This document shows, in pieces, positions 1-13,588 of a stretch of 64,000 nucleotides of DNA. Under the pieces are notes generated by a model. The model searched no databases and had not been told where the DNA came from. It saw only the letters and a list, made by a program, of their open reading frames with translations. A program made the position numbers and the translations under genes. Origin of the DNA: Vicugna vicugna (lineage: Eukaryota); contig MU058540.1 of NCBI GenBank assembly GCA_013265495.1, forward strand, positions 1,885,696-1,949,695, given 5' to 3'. Numbering within the stretch: position 1 is the stretch's first letter; each line of letters begins with the position of its first letter.

Positions 1-625
1 CAACTTGGTTGAGGAACCACTGAGTTCTCAGAAAGGTGCCTTTGAAGTCACTGATCAGAGGAGTTCACCAGGGGCCAGAGAATGATTCTCCTAAGGGCCT
101 CACACTTCACAAGTGGCTCCTGAAAGCCTCCGGGTTCTGACTACATCTGCTCAAATGATGCTCTTTTGCATTCGCTGATAGTATCTGAGAATGGCGACCA
201 CTGGTTTTCTTTCAGAATGTTTGCAGAAGGTACAGGCTCTGCCAGCATCAACAGACTCGTCTTCCTTTGCTTAGCTCTCCGGTTGTCTTTGGTGCAAAAA
301 ATATAACAACCCTAGATAATATCCACGTTAGCACAACAGTTGGACCTTTCTGGTTTTGTGCCTTGGACCTACTTTAAGGTCCACTTGTAGATTTGAAAAC
401 CCTGGCTGATTTCTTTTGTCAGTTCAACAAACTAATGTTTACACTTTGGAATATTTGGGAAAATATAGAAGACAATAAAAATTAATTAGAACCTTCTCAG
501 AGAATCACCATAGGTAATATTTTGCAAAGTATTCTTTCGTGTCCCCTTTGTCTCACATACACACACCCCTTCACACACCCTCTTTTTAAAAACCAAATTG
601 AAGTTGTATTGTGATACTCTTACTT

Positions 626-915
626 AGCAGCTTTACTGGGGTATAATTCAGATATTATACAGTTCACTCGTTTAAAATGGACAGTTTGATGTTTTTTAGT
701 ATAGTTGCATAGTTGTGTAATCATTACCATAATCTAATTTTAGAACCTTTTCATCATCGCAAGAGGAAGTCTTGTCTCCATTAGCATTCACTCACCCTGC
801 CCTAGGCAGCCGATAATTTACTTTCTGTTTCCACAGATTTGCCTATTCTGGACATTTCATATAAATGGGGACATACAATATGTGTGGTCTTTTGTGATTT
901 GCTTCTTTCACTGAG
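626..915 (-). mobile_element. Old LINE-1 3' end fragment (L1MB-like)
   Basis: Reverse-oriented L1 3' UTR motifs (...gatttgcctattctggacatttcatataaatgg...); closely similar to 50150-50190 in this window. Confidence 0.75.
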
Positions 916-3318
916 CTGTTTGCACTGATGCTGTTTTGAAACCTGCTTTAAACATTCATATCACTAGCACTTTGAGTATAGTTTTCAAGAATGCATTTTT
1001 AACAGCAGAGCAGTGTTCCATCTTATGAGTGTATCTGAGCTTATTTAACCAGTCCTGCTGACGGACGTTTAGCTTTGTTCTCATCTTTTGTGGTTCTATC
1101 TAATGCTTCCTGCACTCAGAAATCATCTCATCTGCTACTTTATTGATTGCTTGTCTGAATCCCTGACTGGAACAGAAGCTCTCTGAGGGCAGTCAACTAG
1201 TCTGCCTGGCTAATACTGTCTCCCCATACCTGGCATAGTTCCTGGCACTTGGTAGGTATTTGGTTTTAAAAGAGTGAGTGTGTGTGTGAATTTTGAATGA
1301 ATGAAAATGTAAGAATATTGATAAACTTTGCCAAACTGCCAAATGCCAGAGAGTTACACTAATGTCTGCAGTGTGTGAGACTGCTTGACTCCCTGCTCCG
1401 TTGAATCTGAGTTAATTTGTGAATGAAATCCTGTGATCTTTTGAAATGTAACCCTCTCTGACCTGTGAACCAGTTAGTTTGGAGTTAATGCTCACATGTC
1501 CTTTTCCATGGGCCACCAGAGTCCTGCCTGTTAGGTGACATGATGGTGTCTGGGAGTTCTGACTCCTCAGTCCTCACCAGGGCCCCGTGGTATTGTGTCA
1601 TTTCCTGTTGCTCTTAGAGAGGCTGCATGGCCTTCTCTGGCCACTTCCCCTGTTGCATTTGAAGGTGTTGGGGGTGGTGAGTAAAGTTGGGTTGGTCAGA
1701 TGTGTGTAAGAAGATGTTGATTCCAGCTGCTGAGTGACATGCCTTCTGAAGTCATCAGAAGAAACGTCACTCTGAAAGTTGTGTGTCTTCAAAATTAGAA
1801 ATGAAGAGATGCTTCCAGGAAGTCTGACTCCTTCAGCCCAGTCTGCCCTCTCTGAAGATGGTGGGCACCCACATGGCTGCCTGAGTCACTGCTGGCTGTG
1901 GTCCCTGCTCGTGTCCTCCCAGTTCCTGTCCAGGAGAGCCTGCCCGGGATGGCGAGCCACCCAGAGAGTGGCCAGGGACACCAGGCAGGTCTCCTCAGGT
2001 CATGGTGGAGGCCTCTTGTGCGTGGTTTCATAGCAGTTCTTTTTTCCCAAGAGGAGTTGTGGCATCTGCTTTGTTTTAGATAAGTATGTGGAGAAAGAGT
2101 ACACTTGGGGGTTTGAAGGAGAAGCTGGATGGCCAAGGCAGCACTTGTTTGTAGCAGAGAGCTATGTGCCCCTGTGTGGGGTCAGCCAAGGCCCTAGAAA
2201 TTCACCTTGTCCCACAACAGCTGGCTAGTTATCCTTTTATTCATGGTTTCCTGTCACATTCCCCTTGGACTATGCTCCAAGCCTTCCGCCACTCACCCCC
2301 CTCCATCTCGGAAGATGTTGCTTTTTGTAACTGTGGAGATGACAAGTATTACTGATGCCTTAGCTTCTTTCCTTGCATCTCAGGAATCTCATGTGTGGGC
2401 TGTCACAGAATTGTTCATTGTTTTATTATTATCTAATGCCATTACTGAGTGCCTGCTGTATGCCTAGTGCCTCGTTAGACTCTGGAGAAACACAGGAGAA
2501 ACTGGCTGGCTGTGCCCTCTGGGAGATGAGGCCTCCCTTCCTCTCTGGTTGTGCCTTGACTGCCATGGTTCCTCTTCCTCTTTTGACTCCCTGAGTATGA
2601 GTGTCTGGGGCTTCTGCCCTTTCTCAGCTTCTCTCACCCTCTCCCTTGACATGCTTGGCCCTTCCTGTGGCTATGACCCTCTCCCCTTAGAGGTACAACT
2701 ACCGAGCTTCCTGCCCTAAATCCTATTCTGTCTCCAGTTCTGCTCATCATACGTCACTTTGTCAGTTCCCCAGAGCCCGATGACAGCTTCAGCCCCTCTC
2801 TGCCATCCTCAGGGTTCCCTCCCATTCTCTTGGTGATTGTCCACAGTGTTTGCTTTCACTGGCTTTAGTGGGTTGGATAGTGGCTGCCCAGAAGATAAGT
2901 CCACATTCTGATTCCCAGAACCTCAAGTGTGACCTTATTTGGAGAAAGGCTCTTTGCAGGATTTGTCCCTGTGTTGCAGCTGTGTACAAACCCGTGCCCG
3001 TTGGCCTCTTCTCTGGGCCTGGATTTGTCGGTTCCTCAGCCTGAAATAGTGTTTCCAGTTTACAGTGATTATGCATTCATTACTCCGTTTGATCTTCCCA
3101 AGTCCAAAGGCAGGATTCACTGCCTTCTTCTTCCTCCTAGGTCAGGAGATGTACAAGGCTGTGTGCCAAGCAGCTCCAAGTGTGGTCCTTGGAGGTGGGT
3201 CTGGGTTTGAATCCTTGTTCTCTCATTCATTAGCCAAGGGCCTTTGACAGATAATTAATTCCTCTGAGCTTCAGTTTGTTCTTCTGGAAAATGGAGCTAA
3301 TGAATTATTGTGGAAATA

Positions 3319-3354
3319 AGATAATGTAGTCATGGAGATAATGTAGTCATGGAG
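3319..3354. repeat. 17-bp perfect tandem duplication
   Basis: agataatgtagtcatgg x2. Confidence 0.9.
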
Positions 3355-3589
3355 CACTGTGCCGGACACTGTTTGCTTTATAAATGGAGAGATTCACTCA
3401 GCCTGTACATGGAATATGCCAAGCTTGGACAAGCCTAGGAGCTCTGACTCAAATCCACCCTCTCCCTCTGTCATCCTGCCCCAGCTCTCCTCATCTGCCA
3501 CTGTGCTTGGTGCCCGCCATGGCAGGGCCACAACGATGAATCACAGAGTAGATGGTCTTGGAGGGTGAACAGAACATGTCTGTACGTGA

Positions 3590-3840
3590 GGTGGTATGAC
3601 AAAGCAGTTAGGAGAGTAGTGGACTCTGGAGTTAGACCTGGGTTCAAATTCAGGCTCAGTGACTCCACCTCAGTGACAGAGTTTTCTTTGCCTCTCTAAG
3701 CTTCAGTTTCCCCATCTGTAAAATGGGAATAACTATGGTACACACCTAATAGAGAAATGGGAGCATTAAATGAAAGAATGCTCATAAAATATTCAGCATG
3801 TGCCTGACTCTTTGTAAGCACTTAGTAAATATTAGAAATG
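3590..3840 (+). mobile_element. MIR SINE
   Basis: MIR core agacctgggttcaaat...cttcagtttccccatctgtaaaatgggaata. Confidence 0.75.
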
Positions 3841-4526
3841 ACAAGCTTCCTCTGTGGAGAGGGCATTGAAGCCCTGAGCCACTGTGAAATTAGGTAACAG
3901 GGAGACATGGAGAAAGAACATTTCCGGTGTTGTCTCCTCCATGAACTCATGGTTCTTCCCCTCACCTGCACAGAGGAGCTTCCCATTCTTCAAACCCCAG
4001 AGCTCTCAGTATTTCCCTTGTGGGGCTTGTCACAGTCTTTTTTGCATTACGGTTATCCTTTACTCTTTCTGTGCTCCCTGAGAGCAGGATTGGGCACTGA
4101 GTAACTATCTGATTACTTGAATTGAACCTTGGCGTTCACCAGAGGGAGTGGTTAACCCAGTGGTAGCAAACCATAGGGCTCCTCTGGCTCCTGACCCCCA
4201 CTTCTGCTGAGTCTTTTTCTCCTGCAGCTGCACAGATACGGGAGCTCTTCTTCCAAAGAGCTTTCTGCTCTGTACCCAAGACCCTAAGTGGCTATGGAAG
4301 TCCAAGGCACTGCCACTCTGGGAGTCTGTCACTGTGTTTCCTACCACCAAGCAGGAGAAGAGCTTGGACGGGCCAGGCATCCATGGCAAATATGGGCTTG
4401 CTGCCAAGATCATGACAAGTCCTGGGGCTGGGACTTGGGGTTTGGTTGCATTTTGAATATTTTTTTGAGAAAGAAACAAGGATTATGTACACTCTTTAAT
4501 CTGAATGTTGTTAAGAATCTTCTCTG

Positions 4527-5313
4527 ACACCAGTCAGAATGGCCATCATAAAAAGTCCACAAACAATAAATGCTGGAGAGGGTGTGGAGGAAAGGGAACC
4601 CTCCTACACTGTTGGTGGGAATGTAGTTCGGTGCAGCCACTATGGAAAACAGTATGGAGATTCCTTAAAAAACTAAAAATAGACCTACCATATGATCCAG
4701 CAATCCCACTCCTGGGCATATACCTAGAGAAAAATATAATTCAAAAAGACACATGCACCCCCATGTTCATAGCAGCACTATTTACAATAGCCAAGACACG
4801 GAAGCAGCTAAATGCCCAGGAACAAATGAATGGATAAAGAAGATGTATATATTCCACATATACCATGGAATACTACTCAGCCACAAGAAAGAATGAAATA
4901 ATGTCATTTACAGCAACATGGATAGACCTGGGGATTTTCATACTAAGTGAAGTAAGTCAGAGAAAGACAAATATCATATGATATCACTTATATGTGGAAT
5001 CTAAAAAAAAAAAAAAGACACAAATGAGCTTATTTACAAAACAGAGACTTACAGACACAGAAAAGAAACTTATGAGGAAGAGGAAGGGGTGTGAGGGGTA
5101 AATTGGGAGTTTGGGATTAGCAAACTACTGTTACAGAACAGATAAGAAACAAGTTCCTACTATATAGCATAGTGAACTATATTCAATAACATGTCATAAC
5201 CTATAATGAAAAAGAACATGGAAAAGAATATATATTTGTATAACTGAATCACTGTGCTGTACACCAGAAACTAGCATGACATTGTAAATCAACTGTATTT
5301 CAATTAAAAAAAA
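4527..5313 (+). mobile_element. 5'-truncated LINE-1 (ORF2 C-terminus, 3' UTR, poly-A) with target-site duplication
   Basis: Translates to L1 ORF2 end motifs ([48 protein letters not shown]); A-tail near 5306-5313; TSD aatcttctctg at 4516-4526 and 5314-5324. Confidence 0.95.
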
Positions 5314-8300
5314 AATCTTCTCTGGAAAACTCTGGAATAACCCACTGACCTTGTGACTGACTGTGTCTGTAAATGCTTTTTGGACACCTTCACCTGGGCA
5401 TTCCCAGAGCTCCTGAATTTCAGCATGCACCAAACTGAGCCCTTACAGTTTTTGCGAGACATGTTCTTCCCACAGTCCCCACCTCCCTGGTCACCTGATG
5501 GTTGCCCTCCATGTCTCTCCTCTCCCCAGGCCTCTTTTAATCAGTAACCAAATCTTGTCAATTCTTCCTCCTTAATATCTTTCCTGCTTTTTGTCTCAAA
5601 GTCTGATGACACTAGTGCTGCCACAGCTTGTGGTTGTTATTTGCCTCATATTTTCAACTTTTCTGTGTCATCATGTTTTAGGAGTTTCTTTCATAAACAG
5701 AATGTGGCTGGATTGAAAATTATAAATCAGATTTGAAAATCTGTCTTAAATAAGTTTTATTTATTTACATTTTGGGAATTTGATTTAAATATATTTTCAT
5801 GTTTTTGAGTACTTTCTATACACTTTCTTTTTTTTTCCTTTCTGCCTTCTGTTAGATTGATTGAATTTTCTTTATTCTCTGGTTTGAAAATTATACATCT
5901 TATTTCTATTCTTTCTTCTAAGTTTTCTCTTCTTTCCCTGCATCTTTTTACTTTGAAAAAACATGAAAATAGTATACTGAACATCTGTATTCTTTTTACT
6001 TACATTTAGTTAACGCATTTCTCCCTATCTTTATGTACTTTTATTTAGAACCATCTGAAAGTAAGTGTGGATTTGTTTTTCTTGGTCAGGATTTGGTGTA
6101 CTACTTCTTTCCAAAGACTTTCTTTAAAAAAAAACCAACTTTTTATTTTAGAGTAATTTTAGATAAATTTAGATTTAGAGAGTTTCTGTATTTCTTCACC
6201 CAGTGCTCCCTAATCTAAAATATTAACATCATACCTTTAATTCTTCTTTATGTTTTAGGAAATTCTCATTCTCTTTGGTTTCCACCCATTTTTGGTACTC
6301 TAGCTTTCTGGAATTCCTCTTGGACATATGTTGACCATTCTACCATCCAAGTCTTTTATCTTTTTTCTTTGCTGCTTTATGTCTCTAATCATGTAAATTT
6401 TGTCATTTTGTAGTGTCTTTCAGATTATTTTATTATTTCTGATTCTTGGGATGCTGCTTCTCTTTCTGTGTCTGATACTTCTTCCTCTTGGTGGTTTAAT
6501 TCCTTGTGTGGTTTGTAACTTTGGGTTGTGAGCTCATCTTCGGGAAGGACTCTATTTTATGGGCAGCTTTTGTGTCCTGATTGTGAAAGTATGCCTAAGA
6601 GCAGTTTGCTTCTGGTGGGGCCATCGGGTTAAAAGTTCTAGCGCAGTTTTTATGTTCATTTCTCAATTGGGCACCCCTTCACCTAGTGTAAAATCAGAAT
6701 CATATCCATGGGTGGGGCTAGCTGAGTAGTTCAGTTTTATGTGTGGCCTCTCACCCCTCCACAGAGCCTTGGAGAAATGGCCAGCTCCTTGTTGCTTCTT
6801 GTACTGGTCAGCCCTTTGAGGCTCTCATCTTGATATCCAGGCGAAAAGCCACAGCCAGACATTAAAACCACTTCATATGCAGGTTCAAAAGTCCACAGGT
6901 CATTCTGGTGTCAGTTCCACTTACTGTTCATCTTTCAATTTTTCTTGTCATTTCTGGCACATGAGGTATTTCTCTTTCTAGTCTGGCTGTATGTTGAAGC
7001 ATATTGTTTGCTTTATCCAGTATTTCTATAACTGTGATAGTAGTGGGAAACAGGAGCTCTTTCAGGTTAGTTGCGTCCACTCTTCCTGAAAGTTCCAGTC
7101 CACATCTTAGTATAGTATAAGCCCTTCATTATCCAGCTCCTGTCTACCTCTTCTGCTTAAACTTAGCTTTTAAATTTTACAATTCAGCAGATTGAACTAT
7201 TTGCACACCGTGTCCTGTAATTTTTTTTTTTTACATTTTTTACTGATTTATAATCATTTTACTGCAGTATTTAAAAGCTCAGGTTTTAGAGTCCAACTGT
7301 TTGGTTTTTAACCTGTATTCATCCTTTTATAACTTATGGTTTTGGACAAGATACTTACCCTCTCTGTGTCTCCGTTTTCTCATCTGTAAAATGGCAGTGT
7401 CTGGCGTGTAGTACACCTGATCCCTGTTCGCTCCGCCCACCTGCAGCTGCTGTCTCCAACAGGCCCTGCTCTCAAGCGTCTGCACCTTACACGCTCGCTC
7501 CTCCTGCGGAGCGCCCGTCTCCCCTTCACAGCCATCCTTATCCCTCTCAACAGAGTGGCCTTTGCTCTTTCTGAGCTTGGGGTCTCTTTCTATAGTAATT
7601 ATCACTCTGTAGGTCGTTGCTTGTTTACGTGTCTCCTTTCCTTCCCAGATGCTGAGTTGCTTGAGATCTGGGCCTTGTTTGTCTTGGTGCTTGAAGATCC
7701 TGGCATTCTCCCTGTCATTTGGCTGCACGGCATAGCCTGTTGAGTTAAATTGCAGTGAATTTCTCTGATTGAGTAGAGGCAAGGGCTTGGGAGGGGTATG
7801 AGACTCAGATGCAGGGAGAAAGAGCAGGAGAGTTTGGTTTTTTAGCATGTTTTGTGTCAAGTTGTTGAAAGTGTGGCTGGGACACAAGGTAGCAATTCTC
7901 ATTCTAGCTGAGGATACCAGAGACAAAGCAAGCCAGCGGCCAGAAAAAGCCACTGAATCCTGCAAATTAAAGTGGTTTCCGGCCTTAAAAATGCATGCCC
8001 CACTTTCTATCCCCAAACTCAGCTTCTCTGAGTGCCAGGCAGAGGAATACAAACTAATTATAATCCCTAGTGGACCCTGAGAACCCATAATTTTAGAATA
8101 AGTCTGCACTTCTGAAAGGGACAGTTGCTTTAGGAGTGGATGATCCTATGTGCTAGCAGCCTCTAAGGAGACCGGGGTGTGAAGGTTCAGTAGCCAGCTG
8201 TTTAGAGCTCAGTGTGGCCCACGCCCACGACTGCCCATTGCATCCAACCTGGTTCAGGTTTCTGCCCCGCTGAGATTTCAGCAGCTAAAATGGGCAGATT

Positions 8301-9689
8301 GGGTAGGCCTGGACAGAGCTAAACAGGGCCTGTGCCATCCCTCTTCAGCTTTGCCTGATTTCTCTGGACTTTTCAGATTCTATCACAGAAATAGTCACAG
8401 AAGAGAAGGCAGGTTGATCTTCGAAGATCCCCAGTGGGTGTCCGTCAGACAGTAGTCTGGAGGGAGCGGTGAATAATGACAGCGCTGACTCTCAGTCCCC
8501 TTGGCTGGAATTTCAGGAATCACTTCAACTCAGAGGTAGGCACAGGGCTAGGGGTTGGCAGACAGCTCGGGCCAAAACACTTGATTCCCGATAGTTCTTT
8601 CCTGACGACTCTGAGTGTTCATTACTGTGCTGGGTGCTGTGCTGAAGATACCAAAATAGCAATGACACAGTTCCTTCCCTCAGTGAGGAGTGCTTGTCGT
8701 CTAGTTGGAGAGAATTCCTAGTACACAGGAAGCTGCAGTCAGCTGTGCAAGACAGTAATTCCGTGTGATGCTGCTGTGTGCAGATCTGCCCCTTTGACAG
8801 CCTGGTGCTGTCACTCAAAAGAAGCTCTTCTCTTTCTGAGTTTTGACCATCAGTTTATTTTTTTTTTTCTTGGATGATTTGCTAGCACTGTTACAGACTG
8901 GTCTGAGATTATTAAGACCACCTTTTATGTTTCTGAGGAATAACCCCAAGTGTGTTTTTAGGAACTCTTTTCTTCTATTTCTTTAAATAATGACAGGTTA
9001 ACTTCACAGTGTCACTTGCTGATCTCCAAGGTCTCCTGGTGAGCAGATCACCAGCAGTTGCTGCTTTTGAGGCACTGAGGGTTTTTTCTCCTGTGGACTC
9101 TGGATTGGTTCTTTGCCATCAGAAAGTTATTGCTGAATCAGGATCTCTGGGAGTGGGCTTCGGAATCTGTTATTGGGGATTGGAGGAAGACTGAACAAGT
9201 TGAGATCTGAAACAGTTATGAATGATTTTATGGATGGGGACTCCAAGTGGCTTAGGTGGTCTGTAGTCTCAAGCAGTTGTGGAAGCTCCATAGGTCATAA
9301 AGGACCCATGCTCCTTCTAGTTCCCTGCTTGGTCATTCTTAGGGTGTGGCTGTGGTTCTCATTGTCCAAAATGGCTGCCACGGATCCAGCTACCACACCC
9401 ACATTCAAGGCAACAAGATAGAGAAAGAGAGAAGGAAGGCTAATGTCCCTTCTCCCTCTCTTTTAAGGCTACTTCAAGAAAATCTTCTGCCTCTACCACT
9501 TTCTGTCACTGAGGGAAAGTTATTTAATATGTCAGAGCCACAGTTACCTCATTTATAAAATAGGCATGGTAACACTTACCACAGGAGGACCAGGATTAGA
9601 GGGAGTGGTATAGGTTGCCTGGCACAATGTCCAGCCCACAGTGAGTGCTCTCTAAATGGTGACTGCTGCCAGAAGACACCTTGACTTCA

Positions 9690-9930
9690 TTCCCTCTCCC
9701 TTCTCTCCCCATCCATCTCTCCATGGTCTCCACCTACTCCTCATCTTTTCCTTTCCTTTACTGTTGCATCCCTTGCCCTCTCTTCCTGCCCTGCCTTCCC
9801 CCCTACATCCCCTCTTCCTCTGCCCTTCATTTTCCTGCTCTCCCTCCTGCCTCTGTCCCTCATCATCCTCATCCTCTACTTCTGCACCGTGTACTACCTC
9901 TTCCTTGTATTGCTTTTGTTCCTCCATCTT
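9690..9930. repeat. Low-complexity CT-rich (polypyrimidine) tract
   Basis: About 240 nt dominated by C and T; produces the spurious Pro/Ser/Leu-rich and Glu/Gly/Arg-rich ORFs here. Confidence 0.75.
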
Positions 9931-10029
9931 CCTGATGGCCATTATTAATTGAAATTTATCATTGTATTACAAGGACCAGAGGTTAGAGGTGGTGACTGGC
10001 CTTTGAACTGCAAATCAGCAATGAGTAAT

Positions 10030-10510
10030 TGAAGAAAACCAAGTTTAATTGTTTCATGACTCCATTAGTAATTATACTCAGCAGCTAGTAAGCAGAGACC
10101 AGAAATAGCTTAAATCAGTAGAAGTTTATTCTCTTCTAGGTTTTTAAAAGAAACCTGGGGGAGACAGTCTAGGTATGGTCTCTACACTGCCATTCTTAGT
10201 GCATGATTTCTAATCCCAGGGTTGCATCATTGTCTAAGATGGCTGCTGGAGCTCCAGCCATCACGTCAGGTTTACAAGAAGAAGCAGGGGGAAGATAAAA
10301 AGGACATATGCTAGTTGTCTGTCTCCCTCTTAGGGAGATTTGCTGGAAGTCCTACCCAGTAGCTCCCATTTCCCCTCACTGGGCTCCCATAGCTGCAAGG
10401 GAGGCTAAGAAATCTTTTAGCTGGACACATTGCCACCTGAAATAAAATTGGAATTCTGTAACTAAGGGAGAAGAGAAGAGCAGATAAACCGTTTGCAAAG
10501 CCTGCCACCA
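10030..10510. mobile_element. MaLR LTR (MLT1-like) remnant; related piece at about 9200-9430
   Basis: aagatggctgctggagctccagccatcacgtc and agctgcaagggaggct...ctggacacattgccacc motifs typical of old MLT1 LTRs; boundaries approximate. Confidence 0.6.
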
Positions 10511-13500
10511 TTCATTTGACATTAATTTAGCACCTACTGTCTGCTAGTTATTAGGACTAGTCAGGGAGTCCCCATTCCAGAGGGAAGACATGGATAAGTA
10601 AACAAGTACAGTACAGAGTGAGGGTGGCGGCTAGAGTGGAGGAAGGCAGGAGGAAGCACTCCTCACCTCCAGCTAGTGGACACCAGAGCAACCTCTGGAG
10701 TTTATCACACTGACATTCTCCTCTGTCATTCAGTTCTTCTGTGCCCTCGCTTCTGGTCTCTCCCTTTTGTCATCATCATCGTTGTTGGTGCTTTTTGTCC
10801 CTTCATTCTGACCCCAGCAATAGCCCCTAGAATCTGAGGAAGTGGAAATGGTTGGAAGCTTAGTGGGAGTCTCTTGGATGGGAGGTACGTGTTCGAAGAG
10901 CTAAGTCCCAGGCCTATAGGCAATTAGAGGCTAAGAGCAGGAGTGCATTCTGTTCCTGGACACTCCGTGGCAGTGCCAGGAGATAGTGCTCCAGGAATGG
11001 GGGCGTCATTGGGAGGGATGTTTCTGACCGGACACCTGGCATCGGCTACACTGTACTGTCCCTGGCAGCTTGTCGTAAAATGAAACTCCGAGAGTAAGAA
11101 CATCCTTCTCCAAGTCCCATAAATTAGGTATAAATGTTTTATGCATGTTTATTAATCAGGAATCTCAGGAGGCTGTGGTTAATTGTATGTAATGAAAATA
11201 TAGCTTCTATTTACACTAAAATTTGTGTACTATTAAACATTGATATTCCTTCTTGGAGCTAAAGGGGAGTTTTAGGAATAATTTCTCGGACTCCCAGTGT
11301 CTCTGATTTCAATCTCAGAAACACCTATTGCCCTCTCTCCTCCACCCCTCGCCCGGTTCCCAACATGATGCACGCAACATGAAGCTTGCCACAAAGATTT
11401 TTTTAAAGACATATCCTAGCCCTTAAAGATTTAATCTTTTAGGGAAGACTGAAGGATTAAAAGATTGTTACTTCTGACCCAGTACACTCCTCATGAGCTT
11501 GGACTGTGACCCTGGGCAAGTTACTTAACCCTCCTGTCCTTGATTTCTTCAGCTGTCAAATTGTAGTCCTGACTGTTACAGGAATTAAGAGGCATGAAGG
11601 AAGCACTCGGTACGTGTCAGTTGTTATTTTTGCTGCTTTGCCCACTGAGGTTGGACTGACAGGTTGGGGCCAGAATGTAGGAGGCCTTGGATGCCACATT
11701 TAAGGAGTTGAATTTTATTCTTTGGGCACAGACAGCTACAGAGATTTGTAGGCAGGGGTGTGAAAGATCATGCCTGGGCTTAGGAATGTCACCAGCAGGA
11801 GTAGGGAGGCTGGACTGGAGCAGGGGGGTGTCTAGAGGCAGGTCTAGGTGAGGGGTGGGCAGGCCCTTAGCAGGACAGTGGCAGAGTCAGGGGAAGGGGA
11901 CAATAGATGGCTGAAAACTCAGTGGTGAGGAAGGACCTGGTGGTGTTGGCGTTTCAGCTCGTGTGACGAGGGGGTGGTGTCCCACTGATGGTGCAAGGAG
12001 CATTGAAGGAGTTGCAGGTGGAAGGTGGCAGAAGAGGAGAGAGGCACGTGCTGCTCAACTCCGCAAACACAAACTGAGCACGTAGCCTGCCAGGCTCTCT
12101 GCCCAGCACAAGGGTCAGGGTTGCCTGAGACCTGGCACAAAGATCACTGATTGCCTTTTGGATGCGTTATGAGGCCCTGTAAGGACTCCATGGGGCTTTG
12201 AGACAGTCAGTAGGAGAGGAGCCCAGGGAAAGACGGATGCAGTCACAGTGCGTGAAAACACCAGTGGATGGTTTGTGCGGTGAGTGGGGAAGCCTGCCAA
12301 GGACAAGCCCAGGGAGGGGCATGTCTAAGGGAGGTTTCAGGGGTGGGTGAAGGAAGAGCACGCAGCAGAGTGCGAGCCCCTGGACGGAGGGCTTCACAGT
12401 GGTTTCAGGCCCTGGCACAGAGTGAGGAGACAGGACCAGAATGCAAAGGGCCTCTTAGATTGGTGGACAGGAGGAGGTCTTGGGGAACCTTTGAGAGCCA
12501 AAGGCAGCTTCTCATTGGTGTCGTGTTACTACTTTGTATGTGTGCAGTACTGAACGGTTTGCCCTGAGCATCCGTTGTAGCATGCCCTCTCACCAGCTGG
12601 GAGTGTGGCCCCATTTTAGGCCGAGAAGCTGAAGCGAAGCCCAGACAGCCCAGCTGAGCCTCACTGGGCAGGGAGGGCTTGCTTCCACGGGAAGCCATGG
12701 AACTGGCCAGGGAGGAGGGGGCCTGGCAGGAAGGGCATTGTTAAGGTCTGGGGCCATGTGTGTGGAGCATGGAGAGGTTGGAGAGAAGGCCGGAGAGTGA
12801 GGCAGAGCTTGGATCCTGAAGGGCCTTGTACGACCAGGAGTCTGGGTTTGTTCTTATGGTAGCAGGGAATTTTTGAGGTGTCTTAAGCGGAGAAGTAGAT
12901 GTGACCAGATTTGTGATCCAGAAAGATCATTCTGGCTGCAGATTGAGGAGGGAGCAAAGAATAGAAGCAGGAGGCCTCTTAGAAACTGTTGGAGTCATTC
13001 AGATGAGAAATGAAGAAAGTGAATCGGAGGTATTCGGCAACTGGGTGACAGTACTTGGTTCACATGGTGCTTGGATTATTTGGATCTTGGGGGGACATTA
13101 GGGGGTGAGGGGAAACTTCAGGGAGTCTAACTTCAAGATGGAGACCCCAACCCAGGGTCCACCTGAACTCAAAGCAGGAAGACATTAATGGAATCCACCT
13201 GACTATCTACCTGGTATTGGAGTTTGTTGGTTAACCCTGAAGGTCCTCCTGTGACTCCTTAAGGTCAAGGATGAGGTTTTAGAAGGGGCAGCCTTGGAGA
13301 TGAGAGAGACAGACAGGCCCCTGCTGATAGGTTGCTGCGGTCTTTCTCCCCACCATGTCCAGCACCTGGTTGTTTCAGGCCCCAGGAAGCCCTGCCTTGT
13401 GCTGGGTGGAGCTCTCAGAGCTGGGAAGACTAGCAGCCCCCTGGAGGCTCCTGTCCTTCTGCATTCTCCCTTCAGTGGGTTTGCATATTTGTCTGGAGGT

Positions 13501-13551
13501 GGGGAAGCCAGGCCACTTCCAGGCCCAGATCCTTCTGAGCCATTACCAACT

Positions 13552-13588
13552 GCAGGGTAAGCAGGGTGAGCAGGGTGAGCAGGGTGAG
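13552..13588. repeat. 9-bp tandem repeat GCAGGGT(A/G)A x4
   Basis: Directly visible. Confidence 0.9.

Noticed and set aside
4505..4837. 110-aa ORF with recognisable protein motifs
   Set aside because: It is the frameshifted C-terminal fragment of L1 ORF2, not a host gene.
7327..8109. 260-aa minus-strand ORF, the longest in the track
   Set aside because: No recognisable domain, overlaps MIR/L2-like relics, non-ATG start and no splice support.
9652..9952. Glu/Gly/Arg-rich and Pro/Ser/Leu-rich ORFs
   Set aside because: By-products of a CT-rich low-complexity tract.
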